A stretch of 64,000 nucleotides of DNA from Heteronotia binoei (Eukaryota): contig NC_083234.1 in assembly GCF_032191835.1 (NCBI RefSeq), positions 57,474,001 to 57,538,000 on the forward strand, in the 5' to 3' direction. Below are positions 10,105-22,629 of the stretch, in pieces; position 1 is the stretch's first letter, and every line of letters begins with the position of its first letter. A program made the translations under genes and the position numbers. The notes under the pieces are model-generated. The model made no database searches. It worked only from the letters and a program-made list of their open reading frames with translations, and was not told the DNA's origin.

Positions 10105-10969
10105 CTGGAAGTCAAGACAGTGTTTCATTCAAGTGGCAGAGCATATATTTTGCATGCAAAAGGTCCAGGCTTAATCTCTGGCATCTCTCAGTAATGGATC
10201 TCAGGTAAATTCTGGGATGAACTTTACTCTGCTTGAGACGATGGAGAGCCACAGCCAGTCAGAGTGGACAATTCTGGACTAAACTGAACAATGGCCTAAT
10301 TCAGTACAAGATACCTCCATATGTACATGTATAACAGTGACTTGGTCAGCAATATTAGGTACATTTACTTGAGAGCATGTTAGACTGCGCTTTTTGGGAC
10401 TTAAGACAGCATATGGGCAGAATTAGGCCACTATTTGTACTTCCAAATGCACTTCTCATGCCTCACTCTTTCACAAAATAAATCAGCAAAAAAGTTGTAG
10501 GATTATGCCCATCAGGACAACTCTACTGAAAAATGCAGACTTTTAATAGATTGGTTAATTAGTTAATCATCTCTCTCTGCACCTTTAATTGCCACTCCCA
10601 CACAGTGACAGCACATTTCAGTTCTCTGCCCCCTCCTATTTGTGAACTGAGACCCATAACGGAACTCCCATAATATGCAGCAAAGATCTGTCCAGTCCTG
10701 TCAATTTTGTGCAGGACCAAGCTTCAAATTTCTAGGCACCTGGATGTTTTTCAAGTCCTATTGATAGCATATAGCTTTTGATTCATTTCTTACAACTCAC
10801 CATGGGCCAGATCATATTTTTTTCAGACTATAAGGAAAGCAAGGAGGCAAGACATACCGAGTACAAACCAAAAGTCTGCTGGGTGTTCAAAACCCCAGAT
10901 TAACACTATGTTTCTTTAACAGTAGCGCACGCTCTCTTTTTCTGTATAGCATTCAGTTTGTATACATAC

Positions 10970-11035
10970 CATAAATATGTAGTTTGTGTCTGGAACTTGG
11001 CCTCCAGTTCTAAACAATTCACATAAATCATAAAA
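10970..11035 (-). CDS. PPP6C: PP6 catalytic subunit exon 3
   Basis: AG|[22 protein letters not shown]|GT; 66 bp; not called in the ORF track. Confidence 0.97.
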
Positions 11036-12648
11036 CTGAAAGAAAAAAGAAAAATGGGAACTTTAACAAGGGCAGGTTTGCAGCTTTTAGTGAGACAATC
11101 TAAATTACTCAGAACTCTCACTTGATAGCAAGAGGGGATCCTTTGCTTTTGTTAATAAGTAAGGACTCTGAAAGGCATTTGTTTACTATATACAGACTGA
11201 ACAAAGGCATCCATAGCTTGTACCTGCTCAGAATACCACCTTTACTGACTCTGTAACTAGCTGATGCTACATTAATACAAAATGGATTGTTAGCCACATC
11301 CAGGTCCCACCAGCAACCTGAGTGGGAGAACTGAATTCTGCAACTGAAAAAAAAGCAGGCAAGCAAATAAATACATCTATTCCAACTAATTAGGTGGAAA
11401 CATTTTAAACTTGATTTAAGTTTCTTCCAAGAGCTAAAAGAGATGTTTAAGGTATAATAATCTCATCCACAACCATGCAATGATTCTATTTGATACTTTT
11501 TTGTTACCTATAGAGGTAATGTTACAGTGTTTCAGTATTTGCAACTCAAAAGCTTTTAGATAGTTCAAATGAGAAAGAATTCTCATTTGAGGAAAATAAG
11601 TTAGTTTTGAGAGTTTGTTAGTAAAGGCAACAAACAGCTATTAATTCTCCGACATAGTAAGCCAGTTTAAAAAATACATGAATAAATGGTCTTGCAATGT
11701 TAAAACATGATACTGATATCTCCATGTGGAATTTCCTATTTATAAAAGGCTCTACTTTCTCTCTTACAGTGCATGAAAATGTGGTAAAAACGACAACTCA
11801 GTGGCATTCAGCCGCAAGAAAACTAGCAAAAACATTTGCTTCAATGAATGGAAAAGTGTTCACATTATGAAGCAGAAAATACTAATTATTTTCATGGGTA
11901 GCAGAAGTGTAGATGCATGGTAAGATTCTGCCAAATTCTGTTTGATATGATCACTGGTGGAATAAGGTACAGACTTCCCCTTATCTCAGAATTACGGGAA
12001 ACTCCAAACATATTTAAAGATGCTGTATTAAATGCTATAACCACCACCACCATTTTCATGCTGTTGAAAAAAGTAACAGCACTGAGTAAGAAAGAGTCCA
12101 TGGAACACTTTAAAGATTTAGTGATTAAATTCCATGATTTAAATTGAAAGTTTGAATAAATTACATTTGTGGAACTTAGTTATGCAATGTACTGAAAATA
12201 TGGAATAAAACAAATCTATTCTGAGTCAACAGTCTGCTTTTTTTAGACTGCAGACCCTGGTAAGTTTATCTCCCCCCTTCTTTTAATGTAAACTATGTTT
12301 TATGATTGCAGAGTGATAGTGTGCAAGGGAGGTGCATATGCAATGGTCATTTTGCCTGCTCAGGGATGCCCCTGTCTCATATTGCTCCTGTTGTGATTGT
12401 ATTCCACCCCACTATTGTTTTTTTGGCCACTGTGTGACACAGAGTGTTGGACTGGATGGGCCATTGGCCTGATCCAACATGGCTTCTCTTATGTTCATCC
12501 AGCTAGTACATCTTTACTATTGCTGATGTAGCTTGACACTGCTCTCTCCACACTAGGGCTTTACCTCAGCTTGTACAATTATATCACAGCAAGGGAACTT
12601 TCACATGTTCTCATCCAGAAAAGGGCCCATTAATCGTGTTGTTACATG

Positions 12649-12843
12649 CAATGTTCCCTCTAAGCTGCAGAGTCTTGTGAGCAAAAATTCTACTTTGGGA
12701 GCTACTGGCATTAAAGTTGTGAGTTAGTGGCATTAAAGTTGTGAGCTACTGCATAAAGTATTCTTGTTCTGGGGCCATTTTTCCTGAGCTAAGACAAAAA
12801 TCTGTGAGCTGGCTCACACTAACTCACCTTAGAGGGAACACTG
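12649..12843. mobile_element. hAT-type MITE (CAGTGTTCCCTCTAAG family)
   Basis: TIRs CAATGTTCCCTCTAAG / CTTAGAGGGAACACTG with a perfect 8-bp TSD, GTTACATG. Confidence 0.9.
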
Positions 12844-13412
12844 GTTACATGTAAGTTCTTCCACAGAAAACCCTGACGTTAACCCAAAAAGTTCTCTAGG
12901 CACAGTGCACACCTGCTTGGAATGGAATTCCATCTTCTGTTAGGGCCTTCAGGGAAAAATCTACATAAGCATTGAGGAACTCAATTAACTGTAGTCTAAA
13001 AACTACCAACTTCTGAACAAGGAGTAGAAGCAGAGAAGTTACATGACTTTTCCCTCAGAAAATTATTCAAATAACCATCTCAGTTTGCCAAGCACACTTC
13101 TGGGGTGGTGAGACATGACAGGACTGAAAGCTAAGTTTGGAAAAGTCAGAAAAAGCACCAGCAAGATTATAGGCACACTGCACATAAACTATCACTCTGT
13201 ACACAGGCTGCCTAGTATTATTCGTAAATACAAACAAAACCCCTCTTTTCTTCAATGGCACCAAGAATACTGGGGGGGGGGGGGGGGATCACAAGAGATC
13301 TCAAATACAGTAACTGTTTTCCCATAAGTGAATACTTGAAAACTCCTCTATATTTGCCCTCTCTGGTGCTAGAGAGAAGAGTGCCAAAAGAATAATCTGT
13401 ATGAAATTCCAC

Positions 13413-13508
13413 CTGTCCATGTATATCTCCACAGACGGTCACTGGCGTAGAAACAGGCTGCACATTAGATTCTTCTAGGAGCAGGTCACACACATAGTCA
13501 CACAAGCG
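13413..13508 (-). CDS. PPP6C: PP6 catalytic subunit exon 2
   Basis: AG|[32 protein letters not shown]|GT; carries the GDIHG motif; 96 bp. Confidence 0.98.
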
Positions 13509-13693
13509 CTACAGGGAGAAAAATTACTTGGGTCAGTATGAGAATTTGACTGAACTATGAATAACTACCAGCTTGCTGCATCCTTACAATAGAATATATA
13601 TATTTTTGGGTCAATAGCTGCTATACCAGAACAATCTGGAGCCATTCTATTTTTTCCCCCATCACTCACCACACTGAATTATAAACTGCCTTA

Positions 13694-13970
13694 GAAGAAG
13701 ATGATGATGATATTGGATTTATATCCCACCCTATAGTCTGAATCTCGGAGTGGTCACAATCTCTCTTACCTTCCCCCCCATCCACAACAGACACCCTGTG
13801 AGGTACGTGGGGCTTAGAATACTCTTACAGCAGCTGCCCTTTCAAGAACAACTCCTACAAGAACTATGGCTGACCCAACGCCATTCCAGCAGGTGCAAGT
13901 GGAGGAGTGGGGAATCAAACTCAGTTCTCCCAGATAAGAGTCCGCGCACTTAACCACTACACCAGACTGG
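13694..13970 (-). mobile_element. tRNA-headed SINE with L2/MIR-like tail
   Basis: The minus strand begins CCAGTCTGGTGTAGTGGTTAAGTGCGCGGACTC (A box), has a B-box-like GAGTTTGATTCCC, and ends in a (TCT/TCA)n tail. Close copies at 26005-26288 and ~48031-48305. Confidence 0.75.
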
Positions 13971-14970
13971 ATCAGAAAAGGGTTTAATCCAATATCTGAA
14001 AATCTGAAAATGTATTTTCAAGCACCTTGTCAAAGTACTAGAATGTGTGGCTATCTGAACCACATCAAAACTTGTCAAACAAGAACGGGTTTGGATGGTA
14101 CAATCCTTTGACATGTACATTGCTTTTAGTGGGTAAAATGTAGAAATCAGTGCTTGATTTTTCCTCTTGCTCACTAGAAAGCAATTCTTACTTGCAGTCA
14201 GCCTGATGATTATTTACACACCAGGATAGCAATGAAGCCAATAGTGTTCTTATTTCCTGGTAACTTATTTAAGCCTTTTGTTCTCTGTGTGTTCAAAGAA
14301 GAGAGATATTTGATAAGCTACTGGAGTTTGTGTTTTTAAATGAATGGCTGCCCTCTTTTGCTGCTTCTTCAAAATGGCAAAGGATCCAATTTTATACTAG
14401 CCTCACCCTGCATCCTTTGAAGATGGGAGATCATCTTACATAAGAGGCAAACAAGGAGGCTCTAAGATCAGGGACTGTAAGATCTTACTCCTCACCCCCC
14501 CCTTTAAACATCCAGGAAGAATTCAGAAGAACATAAACACTTGCAAAACCGTAATGTGGTATTTTGATTGGTCCCATTACAAGGTATTAGATGGCTTTTT
14601 CCTTCCTGGACCAACATAGCTACCTAACATCCAAAGTTACTCCAGATTTTGTCTGTTGATAACTTCCAAGAAATTCTGAATTTTGACAGCAACAGAAAAT
14701 ATAACAGAGTTGACCAAGCAAGGGCCTAACCATGTATCAAATGGCTTCACAGAAAAGGTACAATGTTGTCATTTTGAACCATTTTTTAAAAATAAAAAGC
14801 ACAATTAGATTGTATTTTCCTATCATCATGTAGTGTTCCAGTATATGGTATAAAACATTGTACATGGCAAAGAACTTTATCAGACTCAAGTACATTTGAA
14901 AGACTGAGCTCTGGCTCAAATTAGCCTATCATTGCAAAAAAATAAAGTGGTTTAACAAGCAATACCTTAG

Positions 14971-15439
14971 CAGGGGTGTCAAACATGCAGTTCAGGGGCC
15001 GAATCAGGCTCCCAGAGGGCTCCTATCAGGCCCCTGAGCAACTGGCTGTCATCTGCTTCCTTCTCCCTCTCTCTTGCTTCCTTCTGCATCACAGCTTGCT
15101 TTGCAAGGCTTGCTCAATTGCACAGCAGAGCTACTGAGCCAAGCCTCTCTTCCTTCTATTGACTGAGGCTCTCCGTCCCCTCCCAGACCCCGGGGAAGGA
15201 AGGAAAGAACTAGAGCTTCCTTTGCCCAGTTCCCTGGATCCCATGGGAGAAATACAAAGAAAGTACCTTTAAGACCAACAAGTGCTAATGTTTTAAGTTT
15301 TTTTAAAAACATATTTGTGTTCTTTATAAAATTTATATCTCTGCTACCTAATCTTAAATAGGTACACACATGGCCTGGCCCCTCAAGGTCTCATTTGTGT
15401 CAGATCCAGCCCTCATAACAAATGAGTTTGACACCCCTG
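14971..15439. mobile_element. hAT-type MITE (CAGGGG TIR family)
   Basis: TIRs CAGGGGTGTCAAAC / GTTTGACACCCCTG; the TSD is degenerate. Confidence 0.75.
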
Positions 15440-16763
15440 CCTTACAAGCTACAGTAGTCTGAAAGACAAAAGTAGATTTTAAAAATCACCCAGTACAAGC
15501 TGTTTTCAGCAACCATTCAAAAACAAAAGCCCTGGCCACCAAGAGCTGGAAGTACAATCATATGGCAAAATATTAGCTGCAAAGCATTTCCTGGAGACAG
15601 CTACTATGCAGTCTGCTAAACAAAAACCTGCTCGTAGGAAATGTACCCACATACTCCCATCTGTCATTGCACTAATATATTCAAACTAAAGAGATGTTGT
15701 GCACAAGAAGACAGTAGAGCTCCTAAAACTTTTAACAGATATATATAAAAGTATTGAGATGACAGATACTAACTAGACTTGTCTCTGTAGTGTGTTATGC
15801 AGAGACCAAAAACAGCTGTACCTTACTAAACATGCTCTTTTATCCACCTGCTAGAGAAATGAAGCCTTGCTGTTCTCCATTCATTAGGTTCATCTTCCAA
15901 GAAAGAAGCTCCATTTTGGTTTTCTTCCCTATTAAAATGCTACATTTATCAGAACATATACTCCCTTCTTCTCCAAACTGGATCCAGACTAAAGTAGCAG
16001 CTTCCACCAATCTCCCCTTCCTGTTAAACACCTCCTTCATGTCATCCTCAAGGTCCTCTGTGTCTCATTCTATGGAAATGAGTGAGTTATAGTGGATTTG
16101 CTGATGAAAATTTAATCTGGATTTAATCCTATGTCAAATAGGAAGATAATGCAGTGTCCTGTCTTACTCTAATCTGCTTCCATGTCTAGTCAACAGACTC
16201 TGACATTTTCACCTAATTAACACACACAATCTTGCGCTTGAGAAAGTTTACAAAAATAGTGCAATAACTAAAGCATACACTTGAAAAGAAAATTACCCTC
16301 CAGGAAATTCTACTCTTAACCATCAGTCTCCAATACAACCTAGCTGGTTACAGGATTTCTGTGCATCCCAGTCATCTCAGGGGCTTGACAAGGTTTATAA
16401 AACTTCCCAGAAACCCGTTACCACAACACCAACTGAGAAAGGAGCTCCATGGGACTCCCTACCCCAAAACTCTCCTCTGGATGACCTGTTTATGACATTT
16501 CGGTGCCACCTCAACTTCCTCAATAGACGGCCTTCGAACTCCGTTCCAAATCTCCGAAACCGGAAGCAGAAGGGAGACCCAAGCCCCAGCAGACTGCAGG
16601 GCACCCGCATTCCCAATTCGCCTACCTAACTGCACTAAAACTTTCGTGCGCCGCCCCTCTTTCCAGGCGGCTTACAGAAAATAAAACTTCACAGAGTACC
16701 AAGAGAAGAAAGGAGTGACCCAGCTCCTCCCGCCCCGCAGGGCCCCAAGGCAGCCCATCTTAC

Positions 16764-16838
16764 CTTGAGGTCGTTCTCAGGCAGGTACTTGCAGAGACGC
16801 GCGATCTCCACGTACTTATCTAAGTCCAGGGGCGCCAT
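16764..16838 (-). CDS. PPP6C: PP6 catalytic subunit exon 1 (start codon)
   Basis: [25 protein letters not shown]|GTAAGA. The seven exons total 918 bp = 305 aa + stop. Confidence 0.98.
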
Positions 16839-17240
16839 TTTGGAAGAGCTGCTTTGAAGTGGGGGAAGAGGTGAAGGAGAAAGGGAGGGAGGAAGGGAGG
16901 GAGAAAACGAGAGAAAGGAGAGGGGGAAGGAGAGACCAGGGCCCGGAAACAAAGGCCAGCGCTTCCGGGTTGCGGGCTGGTAAATTCGCCCCCGGAAGTT
17001 TCCGGCTAAGCGCGCGCGGAGGGAGTTCAAGAATCACACAAATTCTCTCACCCCCTTTTTCTTTCTTTCTCTGTTCCCTCCCAGAGGGAGGGAATGCGGA
17101 CCGTACCGGAAGTGAGAACACCCACTTCCGGTTAACGTTTGAATTCTATAGAAAAGCGTTCCTCCTATCCAGACAAAGGCTCTTTCCTTCCGATACCCAG
17201 ACTGCACTGCGGTATTTTGCGTAAAGAGCGCATACGTTTT
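16839..17240 (-). promoter_or_regulatory. PPP6C: PPP6C CpG-island promoter / 5'UTR
   Basis: Several CCGGAA/TTCCGG ETS-type sites between ~16962 and 17130, and a YY1-type AAAATGGCG overlapping the ATG. Confidence 0.7.
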
Positions 17241-18018
17241 GTTCCTTGGCCTTCTGGGATTTGTAGTCAACTCATCTTTCCTAATTCCGAGGATAACGGT
17301 ATTTCTCAGAAAGTCGTCCTATCCAGTGTCCGAACAGAAGAAGAGAGCCCGGCTGGGTCAAAATAAATGTCTAGGTAGTCCATCCTGATTTTCTCACAGG
17401 CACGGGGAAAGTCCAGAAACTGAGCAAGAGGCCAAAACCTGTTTTGTTACCTGTTCCTCCCCATGCAACAAGAATTCATAGGTATAGTATTACTATATGT
17501 AGCTAGATCAACAACAGCCAGTACATAGAAAATTGACAAAACTCCATCCTTAAAAACCTGGTACAATAAACTCTGGAATTTATATATCCTAGCAAAACTT
17601 AACGCCAAATCGAAACCATTAAGGGACTCTAACTACTATTCCGATATAGTGACTGTCTGGTTTCCAATTTTATAATTTCTATAAGAAATATCTGAAACAC
17701 CTATTTATAGAAGTTCTTCATTCATGGTGAATATATGCAGTTATTTACTTGTAAAAATAAGTCTGACATCAGTGACATGGAAAAATATTTATTTGTTACT
17801 ATTGTTAAATAGCACATAAGTTTGTATTGCTACATAACAAAACAACCAATAAAAATTATTGGGGGGGGGGGAGAATTCAAAGGTATAGTACTCCTGTACA
17901 AGGAGTTTCCACTTATCCATTGTGTCTAACAGCTGTTGACTGACATCTATCTCCTCCATTAATTTTTCTTGGCTCCTTCCAAAGCCAAAAGCCACTTGAG
18001 CTGTAAATCAACAACATA

Positions 18019-18834
18019 TCTTGTGACAGTAAATTCTGTATGTGCCGTGCTTCGGATTGCCTCAAAAAAGCTAGTCCTGATCTGGAAAAGTGGAAAACGG
18101 TAACCACACAGGGAAAAGAAGGGCGCAGGACGTCTGGCCTCTGTGACAGCTGTCCATGACAGAGAATGAATGGACACACAGCAGACGTGTGTGATAACCA
18201 AATGAAGCGAAGTCTGTGTGATAACCAAATGAAGCGAAGTCTTGTATCATTTCAAAAACTGAAAGATCATAAGCTTCCACGAGACAGATTGATGCTGGCA
18301 TCCGACAAAATCGGCTTTAGCCCAAGAAAGCTTGTGTATCCACATATCTGCATGTATCAAAACATCTGCATGTGCGTGTGTGGATTATCTGCTTATACAG
18401 ATATTGATTATCCTTATCTCAGTGGGCTAATTGAAAAGGACACTCCGTGCATTGGATGAAGTAGACTCCAGATCATGGAAGTTCCTGCCACGATAAGCCT
18501 ACTAGATTTAAGAAATGTCGCAAGGCCCTTTTAAGTTTATTTTTTTAAATGGCGTTGAACAATGTGCAGTGCTTAATGAAACGGGAGAGCTTCTCATTTG
18601 TGCGGAAAACGCATTATTGCAAATAATTATTGCAAAACGCATTATTTAGTGCAGTGTGAACGCACCCTGCAGTATTACTTATATGCCCCTCCTTTTAATT
18701 AAAAATGGATTCCGGGCGCAGACGTCTTGCGCCCTTCCTTTCCCTGTGGTTACCGTTTTCTACTTTTCCAGCTCAAGACTAGCTTTTTTGAACCAGTCCA
18801 AAGCACAGCACATATAGAATATCCTGTCACAAGA
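18019..18834. repeat. Inverted repeat pair, arms 18019-18136 and 18719-18834
   Basis: The reverse complement of the left arm (CAGACGTCCTGCGCCCTTCTTTTCCCTGTGTGGTTACCGTTTTCCACTTTTCCAG...CTGTCACAAGA) aligns by eye with the right arm (CAGACGTCTTGCGCCCTTCCTTTCCCTGTGGTTACCGTTTTCTACTTTTCCAG...CTGTCACAAGA). Confidence 0.9.
18189..18242. repeat. Perfect 27-bp tandem duplication
   Basis: GTGTGATAACCAAATGAAGCGAAGTCT occurs twice in tandem. Confidence 0.95.
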
Positions 18835-18951
18835 AGGCCAGCAGCGTTGCTCTTCTAAGGGCGGGGCCATGCATATCCTAGCAACCGCCCGGGAGAAGGC
18901 GGGGACCTAATTTCTACCACGCCTCTTGGTCCTCTTCCTTGGCCTGAATCA

Positions 18952-19025
18952 ATGGGGCCGGACTCCGAATCGCGGGCGTTGCTGCGGGAGCTGAAGCCTG
19001 GAGACGTGCCAGAAGGCGCGACCTG
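18952..19025 (+). CDS. RABEPK: Rab9 effector protein with kelch motifs, coding exon 1
   Basis: MGPDSESRALLRELKPGDVPEGAT-W|GTGCGT aligns with human MKQLPVLEPGDKPRKATW; in phase with the next exon; lies in a CpG island. Confidence 0.8.
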
Positions 19026-19216
19026 GTGCGTTTGTGAAGCAGGGAGGGGAGGCTTCTGTACGTGTGAATGTAGCTTTTGACCTGCAAAGAGAGAAGTCAG
19101 CGCTTGATCTTTAGTGAGAGGCGGCTGCGTTCCGACACGGAAGAGGTTTCGCCGATCCTGCGTGTGTGCAGACTCCATATACGTGGTTTGCACGTCCCAG
19201 ACGAAAAGGGCTAGCC

Positions 19217-19569
19217 CAGGGGCAGCCAAACTGGCTTAATGGAAGAGCCACATAGAATAAACAGCAGATGTTTGAGAGCCGCAGGACATGAAGGTCAGAT
19301 GTTTGAGAGCCACAAGACAAGAAGAAAGGAAGGAAAATGGAGGGAGGAGGAAGAGAGAGGGGTGAAAAGAAAGCAACTTTAACTTTAAATGCCTTCTCCA
19401 AGCAGGACAGTGGGGGCTTCGAGAGCCACAGAATATGTTTTTTTTTTTTACTATTGTGTGCATCTTTTATTCAGAACTGTTCTTAAGTCAGTGTACAGTT
19501 TTGCCCCCTCCCCCCTGTATCTACAGAATATGTTTGAAAGAGTACCGAGCCGCAGTTTGGCCACCCCTG
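19217..19569. mobile_element. hAT-type MITE in RABEPK intron 1
   Basis: TIRs CAGGGGCAGCCAAACT / AGTTTGGCCACCCCTG with a perfect 8-bp TSD, GGCTAGCC. Confidence 0.9.
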
Positions 19570-20024
19570 GGCTAGCCCTATCTCAGTATTTTCACAGATG
19601 TAAACAGGGACATTTTGTAGTTATGCTTGAATAGGATGTTGCAGCAGACCATTGGTTAATAAAGTATTATTTTCTCTGGCTAGCGCTCCAGAGAAAGCGT
19701 TTCCCCACATTCTGCTACATTAAATAATTTTATTGGAAACACCTGGGACTGAACTGGGGACTGTGTGTGTGGAACATGGAAGCACAGCTCTTCCCTAAAA
19801 TGTAATTGTCCCATAATAATGTTGTAATTAGGTTGGCCTTTGATTGCCAAGACTCATCAGTACATGACTGGTGTGAGGTGAACAGTGTTTTATCTGCAGG
19901 AGCTGTGCCTGGAAACTGAGTGTTTGGGCTGGAAGAGATGACCCACCACAGTTGAAGGGAGGAGAAAGACTTGTAAATGAAAAAGAAAGCACAGGAGAGA
20001 TTTAAGGAAGATTGACAGGGGGAT

Positions 20025-20815
20025 CTGATGTGGTAGCTAGAAAGGGAAATATGATTTTAGGCTGCCTCAACAGAAGTATAGTATCCAGATCATGCGGAAT
20101 GATATCACTTTACTCTGCTCTGGCTAGAACTCAGCTAGAGTTTGTGTTCAGTTTGGGGCACCACGGTTTAAGAAGGATATAGACAAGCTGGAAATGTCCA
20201 GAGGAGGGTAATGAAGATAGTGAGGGGTCTGGAGATCAAGTCCTACAAGGAAAGGCTGACGGAGCTGGGTATGTTTAGCCTGGAGAGGAGATGACCGAAA
20301 GGTGATATGATCATCATCTTGAAGTACTTGAAGAGGTATTGTACAGAGGATGGTGCAGAGTTGTTTTCTGTTGCTCCAAAAGGCTGGACCAGAACAAACA
20401 GGTTGAAATTAAATGAAAAGAATTTTTGGCTAAACATTAGGAAGAACTTCCTGACACTTAGAGCAGTTCCTCAGTGGAACAAGCTTCCTCACGAGGGTGG
20501 TGGGCTCTCTTTCTTTGGAGTTTTTTAAACAGAGGCTAGATGGCCATTTGCAGAAATGCTGATTCTGTAAACTTAGGCAGATAATGAGAAGAAGGGTAGC
20601 AAGAGTTGCATAAATGCTTAGTTCTCATGGCCTTTTTTACACTCCCAGGGATATGTTGATTGCCACCTTGTGGTCAAGAAGTAATTTTCTCTAGGCCAGT
20701 TTTGCCAGGGATCCTGGAGGAGATATACAGGGGGAGTATTTGTAAGTTTCCATCAATGCACAGGGACTTGGGCTAGATGACTCTGGAGGTCTCTTCCCAA
20801 CTCTATTTTTCTATG
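20025..20815 (+). mobile_element. CR1 LINE 3' fragment
   Basis: Degenerate CR1 ORF2 C-terminus ([26 protein letters not shown]-type motifs), then 3'UTR ending in a TCTATG-type tail. Boundaries approximate. Confidence 0.85.
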
Positions 20816-20998
20816 GTGTTGTGTTGCATTGTATTATTCCCATATTGCAGATGGAAGGGCTGAAGCTAAAAGTCTTGAGTCTTGGCCTAAGGCCACTGAA
20901 TAAGTGTATAGCAGAGAAAGATCTGGACCAAAGACTTCCTGATTCACAGACTGGCCTCATAGCAGTTGTGCTGTCACCAGTTCAGTACAGGTCTGTAC

Positions 20999-21190
20999 CA
21001 GTGTTCCCTCTAAGCTGAGTTAGCATGAGCTAGCTCACAGATTTTTAGCCTCCAGCTCACACATTTTTGTCTTAGATCGGGAAGGAAGACCCCAGAACAC
21101 AATAATTTATGCAGTAGCTGACAACTTTAATGCCAGTAGCTCACAAAGTAGAATTTTTTCTCACTAGACTGCAGTTTAAAGGGAACATTG
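20999..21190. mobile_element. hAT-type MITE (CAGTGTTCCCTCTAAG family)
   Basis: TIRs CAGTGTTCCCTCTAAG / TTTAAAGGGAACATTG with a perfect TSD, GTCTGTAC. Confidence 0.9.
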
Positions 21191-21344
21191 GTCTGTACAA
21201 TACAATACTATACAGGTTTGCACAGAAGTCATCCCTACTGGATTCAGTGGAATTTATGCCCTGGCAAAGTTATTGTTTTTCTCTGTTTGCTCCATACAAA
21301 ACTACAGACTTTTGGCAAACCCTTTGATTCTTTCTCTGTTTCAG

Positions 21345-21505
21345 GTACACCTTTGCCCCACTTGGGGAGAGCCCCTGTGCTCGAGTGGGCCACAATTGCT
21401 TGTACTTGCCTCCATTGGACTCAGGCAGTAGTAAAAGCAAAGCTGTCATTGTAGGGGGAGCAAACCCAAATGGCAGTTTCTCTGATGTGTATTTCATCGA
21501 TCTTG
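21345..21505 (+). CDS. RABEPK: RABEPK coding exon 2
   Basis: AG|G-YTFAPLGESPCARVGHNC...IVGGANPNGSFSDVYFIDL-G|GTAAG; 161 bp. Confidence 0.95.
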
Positions 21506-22143
21506 GTAAGGGTTCAGAGTATTATTTTGCAGCTGAGTTTATGTTAAAGGAGCACCAAAAAAGTACAACATAAAGTATTGAAATTAACTTCCTGGGAATC
21601 TTAAGCGTTTGCACTTAAAAAGCAGGTTTCTGGTCCTCATGATTCTGAAAATATGCCTGAAAGTGTGGGACTAATGTGGAGTGATTGCCATAGCTACAGG
21701 AGTTGCTTAATTTATAGCACTCAGGGCCTAAAGTGTTTCTTGCCTTTTCCTGTGGACTAGTGGAAGCAAGCTAAAATAAAAGACAAAAATAAAGATTGCA
21801 TGATAAAATGTGCTAAATAAAGATAAATCCCATTTATTTACATAATTTATGCTAGTTGCATTATTTAGTATTTCTGCTTTCAGGATTCAGGTTACCTGGA
21901 TACAGAATGTTGTTTTGTATTTAGATTAGAGGAGATGATTACAATACTTGCATGTGTGTATTGTATTCAGTGCAAGGGACTTTGCTCCATGATCGTAACT
22001 GACAGCAATCCCAAGCGGGTTTAATCAAAATCCTATCCAGGTCTCTTCAATACGACTTTCTGCCAAGGAAGTATTCTTAGGACTGCACTGCAAGCCACCC
22101 TATGCTCAAGTTACCAGTGTGGTTTTTTTTTAATATCCCATAG

Positions 22144-22296
22144 ATGCACACAGTTGGACCTCGCCTCATTGGGATGGCCTCTTGCCCCGATATGAGCATT
22201 CAGCCTTTATTCCTGTAAGCCAGCCCACAAAACTCTGGGTGTTTGGAGGGGCCAATGAATCAGGGAACAGGAATTGCTTGCAAGTTTTGGACCTAC
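22144..22296 (+). CDS. RABEPK: RABEPK coding exon 3
   Basis: AG|AT-AHSWTSPHWDGLLPRYEHSAF...LWVFGGANESGNRNCLQVLDL-C|GTAAG; 153 bp. Confidence 0.95.
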
Positions 22297-22629
22297 GTAA
22301 GTGTTTGTTACCTCATATTTGTTACTTCTTCAAATTATCTTTTAAAAAAACCCCTCCATACAGTATTACTGATCATATCTCATGGGTCTGTGCCATGAAA
22401 GAGGCACTTTCACCTGGTTTGAGGAGTCTTCAAGAGGTTTCTTGAATAGAAAAGATCACGTTTGAATTACTTTTGAACAAGAACGGTAATTAAGAAATCT
22501 CCAAAACTGTGTAAAATCAGGGTAGTTGTGGTTGCCTTTCTCCATGACATATGACACTTCAAAAATGTATGCATTTCTTTTATTTATAATTTCAATTTAA
22601 TGGTTGCATTGCCTGAAAATATTTCTTCT

